A DNA stretch of 64,000 nt from an uncultured cyanobacterium (lineage in GTDB: Bacteria > Cyanobacteriota > Cyanobacteriia > CAKZMO01), in assembly GCA_963719515.1 (NCBI GenBank), contig CAVRCJ010000001.1, forward strand, positions 96,001-160,000. Direction: 5' to 3'. Every line of letters begins with the position of its first letter. Position 1 is the first letter of the stretch. Below, piece after piece: positions 60,813 to 64,000 of the stretch. The notes under the pieces are model-generated. The model was given only the letters and a program-made list of their open reading frames with translations, had not been told where the DNA came from and ran no database searches. The position numbers and the translations under genes were made by a program.

Positions 60813-62927
60813 CTAATTCTCCAAATCTGACCAATGGCGAATCAGCTCCGCAACTGACCACGCCAGGGCGATCGCTCCTTGAGGGCTGTGGGGCGGGTCG
60901 CCATCAAACAGCTCTGAAATCGAGCCGATGCAGCCGTCGTGGTCGAAGTGCTGGAGCAGCAGATCTAAGCTCAGCGGCAGGGGATCGTTGGGAAAGAAGC
61001 GCTGCCACCCCCGGATAAAGGGCCCGAGCAGCCAGGTCCAGGCGCTGCCCTGGTGGTAGGCCAGGTCCCGGTGGGCGACGTTCCCGGCGTATTGGCCCAC
61101 GTAGTCCGTCTCTGCTGGGTCTAGCGATCGCAGGCCGTAGGGAGTCAAAAGGCGATCGCGGGCCAATAGCAGCGCGGCTCGCCCGTGGTGGGGCGAGAAG
61201 CTGCAGTGGGAGAGGGAGAGGGCCACGATAGCGTTGGGTCGGATGCGATCGTCGGGGCGATCATCAGGGCCGATAACGTCGTAGAAATAGCCCCGGCGGG
61301 GATTCCAATATTTCTGCAGCGAATTGCTGACCTGGTCGGCCTGCTGTTGGTAGCGGCGAGCCTGTCGGTCTATTCCAGGAATATCGGCGTTAATTTTTAG
61401 CCACGACGTCCAGCGGCTGGCCCAGCGCAGGCTGGAGTACCATAGAGCGTTGATCTCGATTGGTTTTCCCCGGCGGGGCGTTACCGGCTGGTTTTGAACG
61501 ACCGCATCCATCCAGGTGAGGGCGAAATGGGGGGTGTCCCACGTTAAGAGTCCATCCACCGCATCGACGCGGATATTGTGCAGCGTGCCGATGGTTAGCG
61601 CCTTGTAGATTTTCTGTACGGTGGGGTACTGCTCTATCAAAAAGTCCCAGTCTCGGGTGGTTTCTAGGTAAAGCCCTAGGGTTTCAATCCACCAGAGGGA
61701 GGCGTCGAGGCAGTTGTAGAACGGCTGACTGCCAACGTCGGGGAAGCTGTTGGGAATAAGACCGTATTCGCAGTAGCGGGCAAAGGTGCGCAGCAGGCCC
61801 TTTGCCAAGGTGAACCGTCCCGTGGTTAGGGCCAAGCCCGGTAGAGAAATCAGCGTATCTCGCCCCCAGTCGCTAAACCAGGGATAGCCCGCCAAAACCG
61901 TCGGCCCCGACACCGACTCGCGGTAGACGACAAATTGGTCGCCCGCTAGCAGGAGCTGCCGAAGGGCCGCTGCTTTAGAGAGCGCCTCCGGTTCGTCTGG
62001 GTCTGCCGGTCCTGGTTCCGAACGAGACGAGTTCACCGGGGGAGCCAGCGCTGACGACAGTGCCGGACTGCCCGAGGCCCGCATCCGCTCAATCTGCCGA
62101 TCCAGCCTGTGTCTCTCGGCGTGGAGAGCGTCATTAAAGCTGCGATCGCCGAGGGTCAAGGGGGACCCATTGCCTAAGCTGGCCTCCAGCGTCACGCTTT
62201 GCCCCGGCTCTAAAGGCACCGTTAAATAGCCGGGACTGTAAAGGTCTTCGCGATCGCTTAGCCCCCGCCGCGTCTCCTCAGGGTAGCAATAGTCCCAGTA
62301 CCATACCCCGTCTGGGGTGTAGTCCCCCGCCGTCCACTGCAGCGTCCAGGCGGTGCCTGCTTGCTGCGGACGAATGGCCTGCAGCAGCACCTGGCGATCG
62401 CCCGTAGTCTGCTCAAACTGCACCTCTTCATCACCAGACTGCTGATGGTGGAAGCCGCGATCGCCGATGATTGGCCGCAGTTTGAGCAGCGCTGCCGTCT
62501 CACCCTGGTAGTGATAGTGCAGGAGCAGGCGCTGGCGGGCTATGGCACCGCCTTCTTTAGGGCTGTCGTCTGTATCCGGTGGATCTAGCCAGGCATAGGG
62601 CATCAGCAGCTGCCGGGTGATCCGCCAGTTCTGGTCTCCCCAGATCCAGGTGGGGATAGGGTAGCGCTGAAACGACTGCAGCAGCTGATAGCCGGAGGGA
62701 CTGATGCTGCCGCTTCCCCAGTGGTTTGTGCTCAGGTCATACCAGCTGCTTTGGTAGTCCAGCGAAGCGTCAATGCCCGCCAGCAGCAGCTGCCGGCGGG
62801 TGGGCGGGTTTAGAGCCGCTACCATTAGCCCGTGATAGGTGCGGGTGCGAGCATCGCTGATGGTGCCACAGGCGAAGCTGCCCAATCCGTTGGTTAAGAG
62901 CCATTCTCTTTGATCTAGTTTATCCAT
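60813..62927 (-). CDS. Amylo-alpha-1,6-glucosidase (glycogen debranching family)
   Basis: EWLLTNGLG, AGYPWFSDWGRDT, TWMDA, YHQG. Confidence 0.9.
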   Translation of the reverse strand: MDKLDQREWLLTNGLGSFACGTISDARTRTYHGLMVAALNPPTRRQLLLAGIDASLDYQSSWYDLSTNHWGSGSISPSGYQLLQSFQRYPIPTWIWGDQNWRITRQLLMPYAWLDPPDTDDSPKEGGAIARQRLLLHYHYQGETAALLKLRPIIGDRGFHHQQSGDEEVQFEQTTGDRQVLLQAIRPQQAGTAWTLQWTAGDYTPDGVWYWDYCYPEETRRGLSDREDLYSPGYLTVPLEPGQSVTLEASLGNGSPLTLGDRSFNDALHAERHRLDRQIERMRASGSPALSSALAPPVNSSRSEPGPADPDEPEALSKAAALRQLLLAGDQFVVYRESVSGPTVLAGYPWFSDWGRDTLISLPGLALTTGRFTLAKGLLRTFARYCEYGLIPNSFPDVGSQPFYNCLDASLWWIETLGLYLETTRDWDFLIEQYPTVQKIYKALTIGTLHNIRVDAVDGLLTWDTPHFALTWMDAVVQNQPVTPRRGKPIEINALWYSSLRWASRWTSWLKINADIPGIDRQARRYQQQADQVSNSLQKYWNPRRGYFYDVIGPDDRPDDRIRPNAIVALSLSHCSFSPHHGRAALLLARDRLLTPYGLRSLDPAETDYVGQYAGNVAHRDLAYHQGSAWTWLLGPFIRGWQRFFPNDPLPLSLDLLLQHFDHDGCIGSISELFDGDPPHSPQGAIALAWSVAELIRHWSDLEN

Positions 62928-63037
62928 CCACCGGGGGGAGCGCTGATGCCTCGTAAAATAAAAACTATACGCTAGTCACCATAATCTATGGCGTATCCAC
63001 CGCGTTTGCGCTGAGCGTCGATGCATTTCTCCAAATC

Positions 63038-64000
63038 ATGACCTTAACTCGATTCACTCGACGTCCGAAAGTCCCCTTAGCACCATGGCTCGTCCAAAGC
63101 CGTCAGGCGATCGCCCCGGCGACGGCACTTATCGCCATGGCGGTCCTGCTGGTAGGCGGGCCGCTAGAACTGCTGATGTCGCCCGCCGCCCTTGCGCAGT
63201 CTGCCCCGCCGTCATCCGAAGCAGCCCGCGAGGCGGGTAACCTGATCAATCAGGGGCTAGAGGCGATTCAGCAGGGCGATCTTGAGAGGGCAACCGCTGC
63301 CTTTCAGCAGGCGACCCAGACCGACCCCAGCTCTGCCGCCGCCTTCTACAACCTGGGGCTAGCCCTACGACAGCAGGGACAGCTCCAGCAAAGCGCCAAT
63401 GCCTTTTACCAGGCCACCCAGGCCGACCCCGCTTTCTCGGTGGCCTACGCCAATCTGGGGGCAACCCTGCTGGAGGGCAGTCAGTTTGACCAAGCGAAAG
63501 GGTACCTGCAGCGGGCGATCGCCCTAGACGACGAGCTGGGGCTAGCCCACTACAACTTGGGGCTGGTGTACCGGGGCCAGGGCGACCTTGACGCGGCGCT
63601 GACGGCCTTCGACCGTGCCCACCAGCTCAGCGACAATGCCCCCGAGCCCGCCTATTACCAAGGTCAGATCTACCTACAGCGGCAGCAGCTTGGCCCGGCC
63701 ATTGCCGCCTTCGATCAGGCGATTGCCCGGCGACCTGACTACCCAGAAGCCCACTACAGTCGGGGGCTGGCGCTCTATCAGCAGCAGCAATTTCCTCAGG
63801 CCCTAGACGCCTTCCGGCGAACCACACAGGTCAATCCCGCCTACGCCAGCGCCTACTACAGCGCCGGGCTGATTTTTGCTCAGCAGCGGCAGTATGCCGA
63901 CGCCCGGCGGGTGTTGGACTATGCCCAAACCCTATTTGAGGCCCAGGGCAATGACCAGTGGGCCACCCAAACCGCGCAAATTCTAGACGATCTACCGCCG
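63038..64000 (+). CDS. TPR-repeat protein, runs off the 3' edge
   Basis: Open frame from ATG 63038 with a signal-like segment and repeated AFYNLG / AYANLG / AHYNLG TPR motifs. Confidence 0.8.
   Translation, partial: MTLTRFTRRPKVPLAPWLVQSRQAIAPATALIAMAVLLVGGPLELLMSPAALAQSAPPSSEAAREAGNLINQGLEAIQQGDLERATAAFQQATQTDPSSAAAFYNLGLALRQQGQLQQSANAFYQATQADPAFSVAYANLGATLLEGSQFDQAKGYLQRAIALDDELGLAHYNLGLVYRGQGDLDAALTAFDRAHQLSDNAPEPAYYQGQIYLQRQQLGPAIAAFDQAIARRPDYPEAHYSRGLALYQQQQFPQALDAFRRTTQVNPAYASAYYSAGLIFAQQRQYADARRVLDYAQTLFEAQGNDQWATQTAQILDDLPP

Overview
Window from a filamentous cyanobacterium (Leptolyngbya/Nodosilinea-like, judged from abundant HIP1 GCGATCGC, psbA and a PTPA-CTERM protein). Bases 1 to ~25.5 kb form a mosaic accessory region rich in pseudogenes. 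It holds a Zn/Cd P-type ATPase with an IS-disrupted SmtB/ZiaR repressor, an ABC exporter pair, a serine hydrolase, a TetR-P450 remnant, DUF202 genes, leuA, Ada and a PTPA-CTERM gene. Bases ~25.5-64 kb carry core and signalling genes: aroC, bactofilin/M23, psbA, recN, an ATPase plus STAND-WD40 pair, a phytochrome/HK/GGDEF-EAL cluster, DUF1517, a C1 peptidase, a 3xTIR-WD40 protein, thiS, fasciclin, a glycogen debranching enzyme and a TPR protein. Main unexplained signals: (1) two diverged copies of a unit made of a promoter, a ~210-nt multi-stem RNA leader and a small MTFLYPEQP... ORF, pointing outward from the two ends of the visible accessory region; (2) five copies of a ~67-bp site with three palindromic boxes (GTCTYA-N3-TRAGAC, starts spaced 20 and 32 bp) at gene-module junctions; (3) a Leu-rich attenuator-like leader peptide upstream of leuA; (4) an ORF-less IS200/IS605-type mini-element inside a nemA-like remnant. 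Several +1 frameshifts, including one in aroC, suggest assembly indel errors. All calls were made by eye; no database searches were run.
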